A stretch of 64,000 bases of DNA, taken from Phycisphaeraceae bacterium. Lineage in GTDB: Bacteria; Planctomycetota; Phycisphaerae; Phycisphaerales; Phycisphaeraceae. The stretch lies in contig JANQKT010000029.1 in assembly GCA_028280965.1 (NCBI GenBank), positions 260-64,259 on the forward strand, read 5' to 3'. Below, piece by piece: positions 27,044 through 36,455 of this stretch. Both the position numbers and the translations under genes were made by a program. The notes beneath the pieces are model-generated. The model searched no databases and was not told where the DNA came from. It saw nothing but the letters and a program-made list of their open reading frames with translations. The stretch's first letter is position 1; each line of letters opens with the position of its first letter.

Positions 27044-27463
27044 ATGCTATTCGGGCCATGTCCTATTGAGTCACCGCCGGCAACATCATCAGGCGCATTC
27101 GATGGGCTGGCGGAGGGCGATCTCGTCGATATCTATTATGGAATCGCGCTGCATGTCAGCTACACCTCAGGCGATGGTAACGATGTCGGTGTTATGTCCG
27201 AGGTGCTACTCGAAGGCGACCTCAACGCATCTGGCGGTATCGACCAGGACGATCTCAATCTCGTTCTCGCCAATCTGTCAACAGAAGTCGAGAAAGGCAA
27301 CTGGAGATTAGGAGATGTCAACAACGACAGTTTTGTGAATCGCACAGATATCGATTCAGTCATTGCCAATTGGACCGGTACAGAAGATCCCGTTATTCCC
27401 GAACCTAGCACTTTGCTATGTCTTGGTATTGGCGGGCTGTTATCAGTTAGACGGCGCGGATAA
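27044..27463 (+). pseudogene. C-terminal remnant of a PEP-CTERM surface protein (dockerin/EF-hand-like repeats)
   Basis: GAFDGLAEG..V, SYTSGDGNDV, GDLNASGGIDQDDL, GDVNNDSFVNRTDI, IPEPSTLLCLGIGGLLSVRRR; no signal peptide or good start. Confidence 0.7.
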
Positions 27464-27688
27464 ACGCGCCGCAGCAATAGTGAGCCCCGCTCATTTGCCA
27501 GCGCCCCATATGCGGCATTATGTTCTGTAGATATTTGACACTGAGATATTCCATGGTCATCACAGCAATTAAGTCATGCTATGAACTAAGTACATGAAAT
27601 TGAGATTACCAGTGAAACGGAACTGATTCGTTGCTCAGATAATTGACTATCACTCCATGATTTAGAGTATGCTAATACTGCACACACC

Positions 27689-30600
27689 ATGGAACATAAC
27701 GTGACGAAATATGACGCGACATCGTATGACCCGGCATGGTCTACATCAATCAATTCACGAAATGCCGTGTTATGGCTTGGCAGCAACGCACCATCTCTCT
27801 TAGCCGACAACGAGGCATTGTCAGACCTACTCGAATTACCATGGCAGGCGATATTTGCTGTTAACCCATTAACACCTGTAATGGAAGCTCGAGCCGCACT
27901 ACGCGGCAAAGGTCGGGGGTCAAAACTCCGTATCATTACAGAAGACCCTGCATTTATCGAAATTGGGAATGAATCTGCTCCGGTCTACTGCTTACATGGA
28001 TTGGAGAGTGCGCCTGGCTCCGTTGGGTTAAGCGCACTTCAAAGCCAGCGTCGCTATTTGAATATGCTTACTAAGGTGCCTGCGCATCAATTTCTTTTTT
28101 GCATTGGATTAGATGGCGACAAAGACTTAAAAAAAGTTTCGGAAGGTATTGAATCATCCGCCTCGCCCGGCAAAGCAATCATCTCGTCGGAATTAAGGCC
28201 TCTACTCGATGACCGCGACCTACGAATCCCAGAAGTTATCCTTTGGAATCGAGATGAATCGGAGCTTATATCTAGCTTACGACAGCAAATAATTACAACA
28301 CAAACCGGGGATGCCTATCAGCTACGCTTATTTTCGGATTCTGGCTACATATCTGTCAATTTGTCTGACTGTGAACAACCAGGAAACTTAGTTCTAGACA
28401 AGTACTCACTCATAACAGAGTCAGACTTATCTGTGGCAGGGGAGCCGAGTTCGCAAGATCTGGAAGACTTCCTTACCGACCCCACCAACTCCTGGAAGCC
28501 GTACTCGCTGGGTATACCATGCAAACGGGGGCGAGAGTATGAAGATAACTTGCTCAAACTATTGAGAAAAGCTCTAGAAAAGGGGAAACAGGCTTCCGCA
28601 ACTGCATATATCGAAGTTGAAAGTGGATCTGGAAGTACAACTCTTATTAGGCAAATCAGCCACAGTGCCGCACTTGAAGGTTATCCGGTTCTTGTTGCTC
28701 ACCAGGACTTACGCAGCTTCGATACTCGCCAACTTGATTCGTTCATCAGACTAGCAGAGAAAAAAATAAAAGCGCAAGCCAACCGCATCCTACCCTGGCT
28801 AATAGTCTACGATTCGCCAAACCTCATGGGGGACTTTAGCACTATTTGCCAACTTGGGCGTAAACTCGCAAGGCCAGTAATCATTCTTGTTGCATTGCCG
28901 CACACACTTAATTCCTATAAATCCGATTTGTGGCAAGCAAGTCCTCTAGGACAAGAGTTGCGTAATCGAGTTACCTTGAGCGAAGCCGTAGATATAGGCG
29001 AGCATTTCTCGAAAATATTGCGCCCTGAGCAAAGAAGGAATAAAGAAGAGTGGGCACAGTTTATTGCTGAGGTTAGTAGAAATGGACCGCATGGCACTGA
29101 AAGCTTGTTTTGGATAGCGTTGCGCTTTTGGTTATTGCGGACAAAAGGTGCTAACGAGCCGCTTAAAAATTGGCTTGCCCGATTATTTGACGAAGCTGTT
29201 GGTGATAATCAATTGCTCCGAGCATCTTTACTTGAGATTGCTGCAGTATCCAACTACAGACTAGCGCTTCCACTTTGCTTAATATCTAGAGAGGCTCGCC
29301 CAGTTGTTTTAGATATGGCGAATAACAAATCTAACCCAATATCCTTGGAGAGATTTCGTGGTTCAAAATCTTATGAAATTGGATTCAGTCACCCGCTCAT
29401 CGGCGCCGAGTTAATTCGAATTGCGGAAAACAGTCACGAATCACTAGCGAGTATTGACAAAAATCATTCTTACTCAATTCACGACATAGAGCTTACGCTG
29501 TTCCAGAGACTACTGTCCCGAAAAGAAGCTGGAAAGAATGAATGCAGCGACTTCATTACAGAACTATCTTCTACCGCATTGCGAGTTGATCAGTTTGAAT
29601 TGCCCCGCAACTATGAAGAGAGAGATCGAATAGTTCAGATACTTGAGTCTGTACCCGACCCTGTCTTTGACTCAAATCCTATCTTCTTACATCGTCTTGC
29701 CATCGCAAGACGACACTTGGCTGCAAAACCTCCACATAGTGAACTGTGGTGGACAAAGCCAGAAAATGTTCGAGAACAATTCGAACTGGCCGAATCACAT
29801 ATTAAAGTTGCAATCAACATTACCACCTTAGCAGACGACCCAATCGAGCCACTCGACAATCTCTTTACGACATTGGGAAGAATATATGAGCAATGGTCAG
29901 AATTTGAGTCTTCAGTCGGCGACAAAGATCGTTCCTTAGCCTACGAAGAGGCTGCGGAAAGGGCATATTTATCAGCAGAGCAGTTCAATCCTGACAACAT
30001 AAAGCTTATAAATACACTAGCAAACCGATATCTCAAGCTAGCTCAAAAGAATCCCGGAACACCGGATTCTGTTCGAATGCTTGTTGACGCAATCTCACTA
30101 TATGGACGTGTTTTGGCAACAGAATCTCGCGACAATCGCGATGAAACACTCCAGCATTACGCCTTGGCTCTAAACTTGCTAAAGGATGGTTCAGGCAAAG
30201 CATTATTAGACGATATGATGGCCCGTGGTGAGGAATCTGCATTCATAGCTGCGGCCCAGATACGGTATGCAGAGTCAAACAATGACCCGAGTGAACTTCG
30301 AGGCGTTATTGCATTACTTCAAAAGATCGAAGGCGCATCGAAATCGTGGAGATCTTACGAACTACTGTACACGGTTCTGTCGACGCTCGAGCCATTTAAC
30401 TTTAATCGTCGCCTTGAACTTCTAGATTCGCTTTCTACCACAGAATTCGCATGGCCACTGCAAAAGCTCTTAGAGCGAACGATTCTGTCACATCAAACCG
30501 GTGATCACGCTACTGCAGAAAAACTATATCGTACCATTCGCAAGTCACTCCAGACACGCAATATTCGCTTGTCGATACCTGAAGAAATGAAATTCCTGAT

Positions 30601-30832
30601 GGACCCTGTTGCAAACTATCAAAATGCACTGCGAACAAATGCGACTATTGTTGAAACTTCTCGGGTTGGGGACAGGATGTGGGCAGTTCCTGAGGGCTGG
30701 CAAAATTACAAAGTGCAATTGCGACCCCACTTGTTCCCATATGATTCAATTAAGAGCGGCCAAGAAGTGCCGTGCTGTGTGCAGTTCACTTTCTACGGGC
30801 CCGAAGTCGTACCGGAGACGGAATTGCAATGA
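27689..30832 (+). CDS. Multidomain protein: degenerate SIR2-like, STAND-like P-loop, TPR/helical repeats, possible C-terminal OB-like domain
   Basis: VLWLG / W.AIFAVN / YCLHG / FLFCIG; ESGSGSTT (variant Walker A) and LIVYD (Walker B); TLGRIYEQW and other TPR-like helices; V.FTFYGP C-terminus. Confidence 0.62.
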   Translation: MEHNVTKYDATSYDPAWSTSINSRNAVLWLGSNAPSLLADNEALSDLLELPWQAIFAVNPLTPVMEARAALRGKGRGSKLRIITEDPAFIEIGNESAPVYCLHGLESAPGSVGLSALQSQRRYLNMLTKVPAHQFLFCIGLDGDKDLKKVSEGIESSASPGKAIISSELRPLLDDRDLRIPEVILWNRDESELISSLRQQIITTQTGDAYQLRLFSDSGYISVNLSDCEQPGNLVLDKYSLITESDLSVAGEPSSQDLEDFLTDPTNSWKPYSLGIPCKRGREYEDNLLKLLRKALEKGKQASATAYIEVESGSGSTTLIRQISHSAALEGYPVLVAHQDLRSFDTRQLDSFIRLAEKKIKAQANRILPWLIVYDSPNLMGDFSTICQLGRKLARPVIILVALPHTLNSYKSDLWQASPLGQELRNRVTLSEAVDIGEHFSKILRPEQRRNKEEWAQFIAEVSRNGPHGTESLFWIALRFWLLRTKGANEPLKNWLARLFDEAVGDNQLLRASLLEIAAVSNYRLALPLCLISREARPVVLDMANNKSNPISLERFRGSKSYEIGFSHPLIGAELIRIAENSHESLASIDKNHSYSIHDIELTLFQRLLSRKEAGKNECSDFITELSSTALRVDQFELPRNYEERDRIVQILESVPDPVFDSNPIFLHRLAIARRHLAAKPPHSELWWTKPENVREQFELAESHIKVAINITTLADDPIEPLDNLFTTLGRIYEQWSEFESSVGDKDRSLAYEEAAERAYLSAEQFNPDNIKLINTLANRYLKLAQKNPGTPDSVRMLVDAISLYGRVLATESRDNRDETLQHYALALNLLKDGSGKALLDDMMARGEESAFIAAAQIRYAESNNDPSELRGVIALLQKIEGASKSWRSYELLYTVLSTLEPFNFNRRLELLDSLSTTEFAWPLQKLLERTILSHQTGDHATAEKLYRTIRKSLQTRNIRLSIPEEMKFLMDPVANYQNALRTNATIVETSRVGDRMWAVPEGWQNYKVQLRPHLFPYDSIKSGQEVPCCVQFTFYGPEVVPETELQ

Positions 30833-31647
30833 CAGAATCAAGTGATACTGTATCTAAGAAACGCTCTAGCTTTCCCTCACCCAAAAGGATGGTGAGCCAG
30901 GAAGTTTTTACCCTAGTCGATGACATAATACGTCGAGACTATCTTCTAGATCCGCTAAAGCCATATACGATATTCACTGAAGGCAACAGCGATTGTGAAT
31001 TCATCAGGACAGCGTGCCTTGCTATTAAAGTTGAGTGGGGCATTGACTTGCTAACCATTGATATGGGTGGAACTAGTCATGCAATATACTTGCAAACACC
31101 TAAGAAGCCAGAGGCGCCAGATCGCGGCGGAGTACAGCAACTGGTTAGACTGGGAGAAGAATTAAGTGTCTGGAAAAACCGGATTGACTTCCCTCCAGTT
31201 GCGTTTCTATTCGATCATGACAAAGCGGGAAAAGATGGCAGAGAAAAACTCCGCGGATCATGGAAAGATAACGACACATGCATTTCCCTTGATCCTCGGC
31301 TGCATGATAGGTGCCAACTAGATCACAAAAATGATGAAGTCGATATGGAAAGTCTCATTGATATCGAATTTCAAGCATGCTTTTTCAATGACCTCAGATC
31401 ACCTACCGCGTGGGTTCATTTCAAATCGGGAGCTATTTCCCAAATCAAATGGGAACACCCCTCTAAAAGTGACTTCTGGGAATACGTGGGTAGAGAAGCT
31501 AGAGCGGTTCACCTGCTTGAACTTGGAAGAGTAGTCTCCCGAATCCGCGAAGCGTGGGGAGTGCCAATACCATATCCTCCTTCTCTCCCGCAGTCCGACG
31601 AATGTGTGCCTACAGAACAACCAAATGACAGCCATAATGAGTCTTAA
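30829..31647 (+). CDS. Stand-alone TOPRIM (OLD-like) nuclease domain protein
   Basis: IFTEGNSD, FLFDHDKAG (DxD), DMESL; ATGA overlap with the upstream gene. Confidence 0.68.
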   Translation: MTESSDTVSKKRSSFPSPKRMVSQEVFTLVDDIIRRDYLLDPLKPYTIFTEGNSDCEFIRTACLAIKVEWGIDLLTIDMGGTSHAIYLQTPKKPEAPDRGGVQQLVRLGEELSVWKNRIDFPPVAFLFDHDKAGKDGREKLRGSWKDNDTCISLDPRLHDRCQLDHKNDEVDMESLIDIEFQACFFNDLRSPTAWVHFKSGAISQIKWEHPSKSDFWEYVGREARAVHLLELGRVVSRIREAWGVPIPYPPSLPQSDECVPTEQPNDSHNES

Positions 31648-31776
31648 TAGCTGATCATTAGGTGACCAATGGCTGGCCGACATGTAACCAAAACAGCTTT
31701 GCAAGCACATGCAAATGAAGGGCTTATTGTTTTAACTATATCTATATCAAGAGTTTTCGCAGCTGCGTATTAGCCG

Positions 31777-31814
<38 letters not shown>

Positions 31815-31843
31815 GTGAACGGCCTAAGCCGCTGCGACGCATG

Positions 31844-31872
31844 ATCTTACACGGGGCGGATTCCGTGGGCAA
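31844..31872 (-). promoter_or_regulatory. tRNA-Gly-type promoter, copy 3 (points into cassette B)
   Basis: TTGCCC-N17-(TG)TAAGAT. Confidence 0.65.
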
Positions 31873-31974
31873 GCGGCCACGGAACGGCGACGACAACCAC
31901 GTTTCTTTGAAGACCTTTGCGATCATCAAGGCGCAGGGGGAGTACTGATGGCAACAGCTTTGGAACTTGGGGAT

Positions 31975-32159
31975 AGCCCGTCCTTTTGCCAGTCATTAAG
32001 TCCCTGGGTCTTCGCCTCGAACCAAGCGTCGATCTGCTCCTCTGATCCAAGCGCCTGCTCGATGTCTCGGGCCTCGTAGATCAGGTCCAGCACGACCTTG
32101 TCCTCGACAGCTTCGCCGAACTTGTAGGTGTGGATGTAATCGCCGAAGACCTCGTAGCT
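31975..32159 (-). pseudogene. hsdR: Type I restriction subunit HsdR relic, right piece
   Basis: SYEVFGDYIHTYKFGEAVEDKVVLDLIYEARDIEQ...IDAWFEAKTQGLNDWQK. Confidence 0.75.
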
Positions 32160-32620
32160 AGCCCTAGCGACGTTCGATTGGTCGGCGAACTGGTTCTCAT
32201 GTTCGGCGAATGGGTTCAGCGGCACTACTTCAGTAACGGCGAAGTTAGCCTGGAGTGCACTAATATCCAGCACGCCTTGCGTCCGCTCGTAACCCTCTAC
32301 GGAAATCAGCCCGTTGGAGACCTCAACTTCAGCGTCTTCGAACGAGTGCGAGAGGCGATGGTGCGCTCGGACTTGTCCTAGAAAGTTGTCAACGCCCGGA
32401 TGCGACGCATCCGGATGGTGATGAGATGGGCGGCAGATCGTGAAATCATGCCGCCGGAAGTAGTTTCTGCCGGCGATGGGGTGCAAGCCCTCCGACCCGG
32501 TCGCCTTGGATTAAAGGAGGGGAAAGGTATGCAGCCGGTTGCCGAGCGAGAAGCCGTGACCGCATTGAAGCAACTGCCCCAACAGTGCGGGCGATGGTAA
32601 GACTTCACTGGTATACAGGC
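32160..32620 (+). pseudogene. Tyrosine integrase relic, core-binding region to the start of the catalytic domain
   Basis: NIQHALRPLVTLYG, in-frame TAG at 32379, VVNARMRRIRMVMRWA, frameshift, AMVRLHWYTG, then truncated before the catalytic Arg. Confidence 0.78.
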
Positions 32621-33094
32621 TCGACCAGCGACGTGATTCGTGGGACCAAGCAACAATGGGAGAAGTGGTTCGACAAGGTCAACGGCGACGACGCCTTCTA
32701 TAAGGCCGACGATGAACGCTTCGCCCGGCTTGCGATGTTCAAGCTCGGCTTTGCAGATGAGTTGATGGAGATGAGCGAGGTCGATCGTCTCGTTGAGATC
32801 AACTTCCACGCCGCAACCAAACTGCACCCGACGAGCAAGGGCCTCGGCGGCATCTACAAGCTGACCCAGTAGTCGATGGAGAAGTTCGCCGATCGACTGG
32901 ACAAGAACGACCACAGCGAGGGCCTGATCCATCAGGCGATGGGGCATGTGGTCGAGGGTTGGTGCCTTCAGTTCCCAAGAGACCTGCCACTCCGAGACCT
33001 GCGCGGACGTCTCGATGAAGGCATCCCGCGGCTGTTGTCTATCGTGAGAAAGCTCTCCGCGACGGTCCATGCAGGGAATCTCAAGACAGAATAA
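32620..33094 (+). pseudogene. Unidentified gene fragment fused to the integrase relic, with an internal stop at 32870
   Basis: Two consecutive in-frame ORFs separated by one TAG; no recognised family. Confidence 0.3.
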
Positions 33095-33184
33095 ACCGAA
33101 GCCGTAGTGTTGATATACCATAAGCGGAGAGGAAGGGAACAAGTTAATTGAATTCCGTTCGACGATTGAGAGACCGCGCCTTTC

Positions 33185-33994
33185 ATGGCCGAGGAGATGA
33201 TGGGAATCTGCAAAAACAATTTCTTCTGGTTTTTAGTCACCCTCTTCTTGCTGGGCCCGCTGGTCGGTTGCCAGCAGGCACGGATACAGAACGATGTAGA
33301 GACCAACGGGCACATTGTCTTCATGATCGGCGAGCCCGAGTACCAGACCCGGCAGACGCTTGCCGTGTTTTTTGAGCGGCATCTCGCGTCGCAGGGGTAC
33401 ACCGCTGATTTTGTCGTTGTGCCGGATGAGGGGGCCGGGATGCACGACTTCGCCGGTCTGGAGGCGGCGCTGGCGGGGGCGGACTTGCTGTGGCTGAGCG
33501 TGCACCGCCGGGGGCCCAGGGCGGAGCAACTCGATGCCGTGCGGGGGTATCTCGATCGCGGCGGCTCACTCATCGGTGTCCGTACGGCCAGCCACGCATT
33601 CGCCCCGCGCGGCGAGGTCATGCCCGGGCACGCGGCTTGGCTGGCGTTTGACCCCGAGATACTCGGCGGGAACTACAAGGGGCACCACCCTAAAGATCAG
33701 CACCCGACGATCAGAATCGCGCGGGATGCCGCGGGTCATCCTGTGCTTCAAGGGGTATCGGGAGAGTTTGTCTCGCCTGGTTCTTTGTACAAGACCACGC
33801 CCTTGGCCGACACCGCGACGCCGCTGATGACCGGCCACCTTGCCGGTGTGCGCAGTGAGCCGGTCGTGTGGATCAACCGGCCGCGGGCCGGCGGGCGGGT
33901 CTTCTATACCTCGCTGGGGCACCCCGGCGATTTTGATCACCCGGCCTTCCGGGTGTTGTTGCGTAATGCGGTGAGTTGGGCTTTATCTGAATAA
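33185..33994 (+). CDS. ThuA-like (class I glutamine amidotransferase-fold) protein
   Basis: FMIGEPEY.T, IGVRTASHAF, ILGGNY.GH, GGRVFYTSLGHPGDF. Confidence 0.82.
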   Translation: MAEEMMGICKNNFFWFLVTLFLLGPLVGCQQARIQNDVETNGHIVFMIGEPEYQTRQTLAVFFERHLASQGYTADFVVVPDEGAGMHDFAGLEAALAGADLLWLSVHRRGPRAEQLDAVRGYLDRGGSLIGVRTASHAFAPRGEVMPGHAAWLAFDPEILGGNYKGHHPKDQHPTIRIARDAAGHPVLQGVSGEFVSPGSLYKTTPLADTATPLMTGHLAGVRSEPVVWINRPRAGGRVFYTSLGHPGDFDHPAFRVLLRNAVSWALSE

Positions 33995-34068
33995 TCTTTG
34001 CCGCGTTCGGGCCGGCGTGCTCCGGCTCATGTCTTTGCATGGTGATGAACAGTCTTTAAGATGGCCGC

Positions 34069-35487
34069 ATGCCTACGTGTGAAACTCCATGGGATGCGCG
34101 CGTCACCCATGCGCGTCTATTTTTTTTGCCTGTTACCACACGCGTCCCCCTCAAGTTTGGCAGTGAGACACTGACGAGCGTGACATGCGCCCGTGTGTGC
34201 CTCACGCTTGCAGGGCCGGGCGGCCGGGCGGCAACCGGTTGGGGCGAGACGCCGCTCAGTGTTCAGTGGGTTTGGCCCAGCAAACTCCCGTACGCCGACC
34301 GTGAAGCGGCGCTGCGCATGCTCGCTGGCGAGGTCGCGGAGGCCTGGGTAGCGCACGACATGGTTGGGCATCCGGTCGATCTTTGTTTCCGTTTCAGCCG
34401 CGACCTCCTGCCCGCGCTGCTGGAGCGGTTCAATTCAAGCAGCAGGCTCGTCGAGCCCGTCCCGCACCTGGCGGCTCTTGTCGTGCTGAGCCTTTTTGAT
34501 ATCGCGGCCCATGACGCCTACGGTCGATTGCACGATCAAGACGCCTTCGACACCCTCGACGCGGCCCACATCCATCACCCGCTCGAGGCGATGATCCAGC
34601 CCGCCGAGGGGTATGCGGTTTCTTTTTCCGGCCGGCACATCAGCGACTACCTGGTCGATCAGGCCCCCGTCCGGCTGCCGGCCTGGCACCTGGTCGGCGG
34701 GCTGGATGCCTTGACCCAAGCGGACCTCACCGGCGATGAGCCGGATGACGGATACCCCACGACCCTGGACCGCTGGATCGAAACGGACGGGCTCACCAGC
34801 CTGAAGATCAAGCTGCGCGGGGACGACGATGCGTGGGACTATGACCGCCTGGTCCGGGTCGGCCGGCTGGGCCTGCCGCGCGGGGTCACCGCGATGAGCG
34901 CGGACTTTAACTGCATGGTCAGCGACCCGGCCTACGTCAACACGATCCTGGACCGCCTCCGCCAAGACGAGCCGGGCATCTGGGGGCATCTGCTCTATGT
35001 CGAGCAGCCGTTCCCCTATGACCTGGAGGCGCACCGCATCGACGTGCACACGGTCTCAGAACGCAAGCCGCTATTCCTGGATGAGAGCGCGCACGACTGG
35101 ACGTATGTCCGGCTGGGGCACGCCCTTGGCTGGTCGGGTGTCGCGCTGAAGACGTGCAAGACATTGACGGGGGCGTTGCTGTCCGCCTGTTGGGCCAGGG
35201 CGCACGGGATGCCGCTGATGGTTCAGGATCTGACCAACCCGATGCTCGCGCAGGTGCCGCACTGCCGCCTGGCGGCGCACGTCGGCACGATCAGAGGCGT
35301 CGAGACCAACGCCATGCAGTTCTATCCCGAGGCATCACGCCCCGAAGCAGCGGTCCACCCGGGGCTCTACCGGCGTCGCGGCGGACAGATTGACTTAGGC
35401 ACGATCGCGGGTCCGGGTCTGGGCTACCGTGTGGATGAGATCCGCCGTGCCCTTCCTGATCCGGCGGCGTGTTTCGGGGAAGATTGA
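34069..35487 (+). CDS. Enolase superfamily (mandelate racemase/MLE-like) enzyme
   Basis: LKIKL, DFN, YVEQP, LDES, ALKTCK, VQDL metal-binding strands. Confidence 0.85.
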   Translation: MPTCETPWDARVTHARLFFLPVTTRVPLKFGSETLTSVTCARVCLTLAGPGGRAATGWGETPLSVQWVWPSKLPYADREAALRMLAGEVAEAWVAHDMVGHPVDLCFRFSRDLLPALLERFNSSSRLVEPVPHLAALVVLSLFDIAAHDAYGRLHDQDAFDTLDAAHIHHPLEAMIQPAEGYAVSFSGRHISDYLVDQAPVRLPAWHLVGGLDALTQADLTGDEPDDGYPTTLDRWIETDGLTSLKIKLRGDDDAWDYDRLVRVGRLGLPRGVTAMSADFNCMVSDPAYVNTILDRLRQDEPGIWGHLLYVEQPFPYDLEAHRIDVHTVSERKPLFLDESAHDWTYVRLGHALGWSGVALKTCKTLTGALLSACWARAHGMPLMVQDLTNPMLAQVPHCRLAAHVGTIRGVETNAMQFYPEASRPEAAVHPGLYRRRGGQIDLGTIAGPGLGYRVDEIRRALPDPAACFGED

Positions 35488-35924
35488 GCAGGGGTGTTTT
35501 CTATCTCATCTAGGGCATATCCCCCTCCCATGTTCTCCATGACTCTGGTTCTGCCTCGCGCGCAGCGTGTACGCAGGATCGGAGCGGAATTCCGGGGCCG
35601 GCTGGATGCCGGGTTGCCCGCGGATTTTGTGGGACAGAGGAAGCTGTTTTGCGATGAATTGGATTGTCTGGCAGCCCCCGTCGGTATGCGGCTCCGGCCC
35701 GTATTCAAGACGCCGTATGGCTACTAAATCGATGTAACTTGTCTTATTGCAGCCAATTGTGTGCAACAGCTGATAATTCCATATAGTTAACTCAATTGTT
35801 TGGTTTTGCCCATCTCTCTTGTTGAATCGCCAAGTCGGCGACAGGTCTGCCTCGTCACAGACGTTTCAAAAATGGCGGCGGACGCGTGGTTCGCTGAGGT
35901 TCAACTCTAGTCCCTTCTCACGCT

Positions 35925-36455
35925 ATGCCCATCGATCGTGAAACAGTCGTGCGTGTGATGTTCAGAGAACGGTTGCGGCTCATGGCCTACATTGTCTCTA
36001 TCACGCGCGACCGGCAGCACGCCGAGGACATTTATCAGGATATCTCTGTTGCGGCGCTGGGGGAGGCCGACAACCTGAACGACGAGCAGCACCTGCGGGC
36101 GTGGGTCCGAAACCGGGCCCGCTTCCGTTCCATCGACCATGTCCGACGCAGCGCGAGCCGACCGCTGGTGTTTTCTTCCGAGTTGATCGACAAACTGGAT
36201 GCCGATTGGCTGGCCCGTCAGCACGAAGTTACCTCTGAGCGGATGGACCTGCTGCGTGAGTGCTTGGAGGAGTTGCCTGCACACGCGAGAAAGATCATTC
36301 AGCTTCGTTATCAGGATGGGCATACGGGTAAAGAGCTGGCAGACCTGATGAACCGCACGACGAATGCGATCTACCTCGCTGTCTCGCGGATCCACAAGTC
36401 GTTGCGCCTCTGCGTCGAAGAGCGGGCTTCCCGGCGGGAAGGGGGTGTTTCCTGA
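35925..36455 (+). CDS. ECF sigma factor (module 1)
   Basis: AEDIYQD, LRAW.RNRARF..ID..RR, L.ECLEELP, IYLAVSRIHKSLRLC. Confidence 0.92.
   Translation: MPIDRETVVRVMFRERLRLMAYIVSITRDRQHAEDIYQDISVAALGEADNLNDEQHLRAWVRNRARFRSIDHVRRSASRPLVFSSELIDKLDADWLARQHEVTSERMDLLRECLEELPAHARKIIQLRYQDGHTGKELADLMNRTTNAIYLAVSRIHKSLRLCVEERASRREGGVS

Noticed and set aside
31926-33142. Intact 186-aa and 254-aa minus-strand genes
   Set aside because: The first is a chimera of antisense integrase sequence and the hsdR fragment across the inversion breakpoint; the second is antisense to the integrase and unknown relics.
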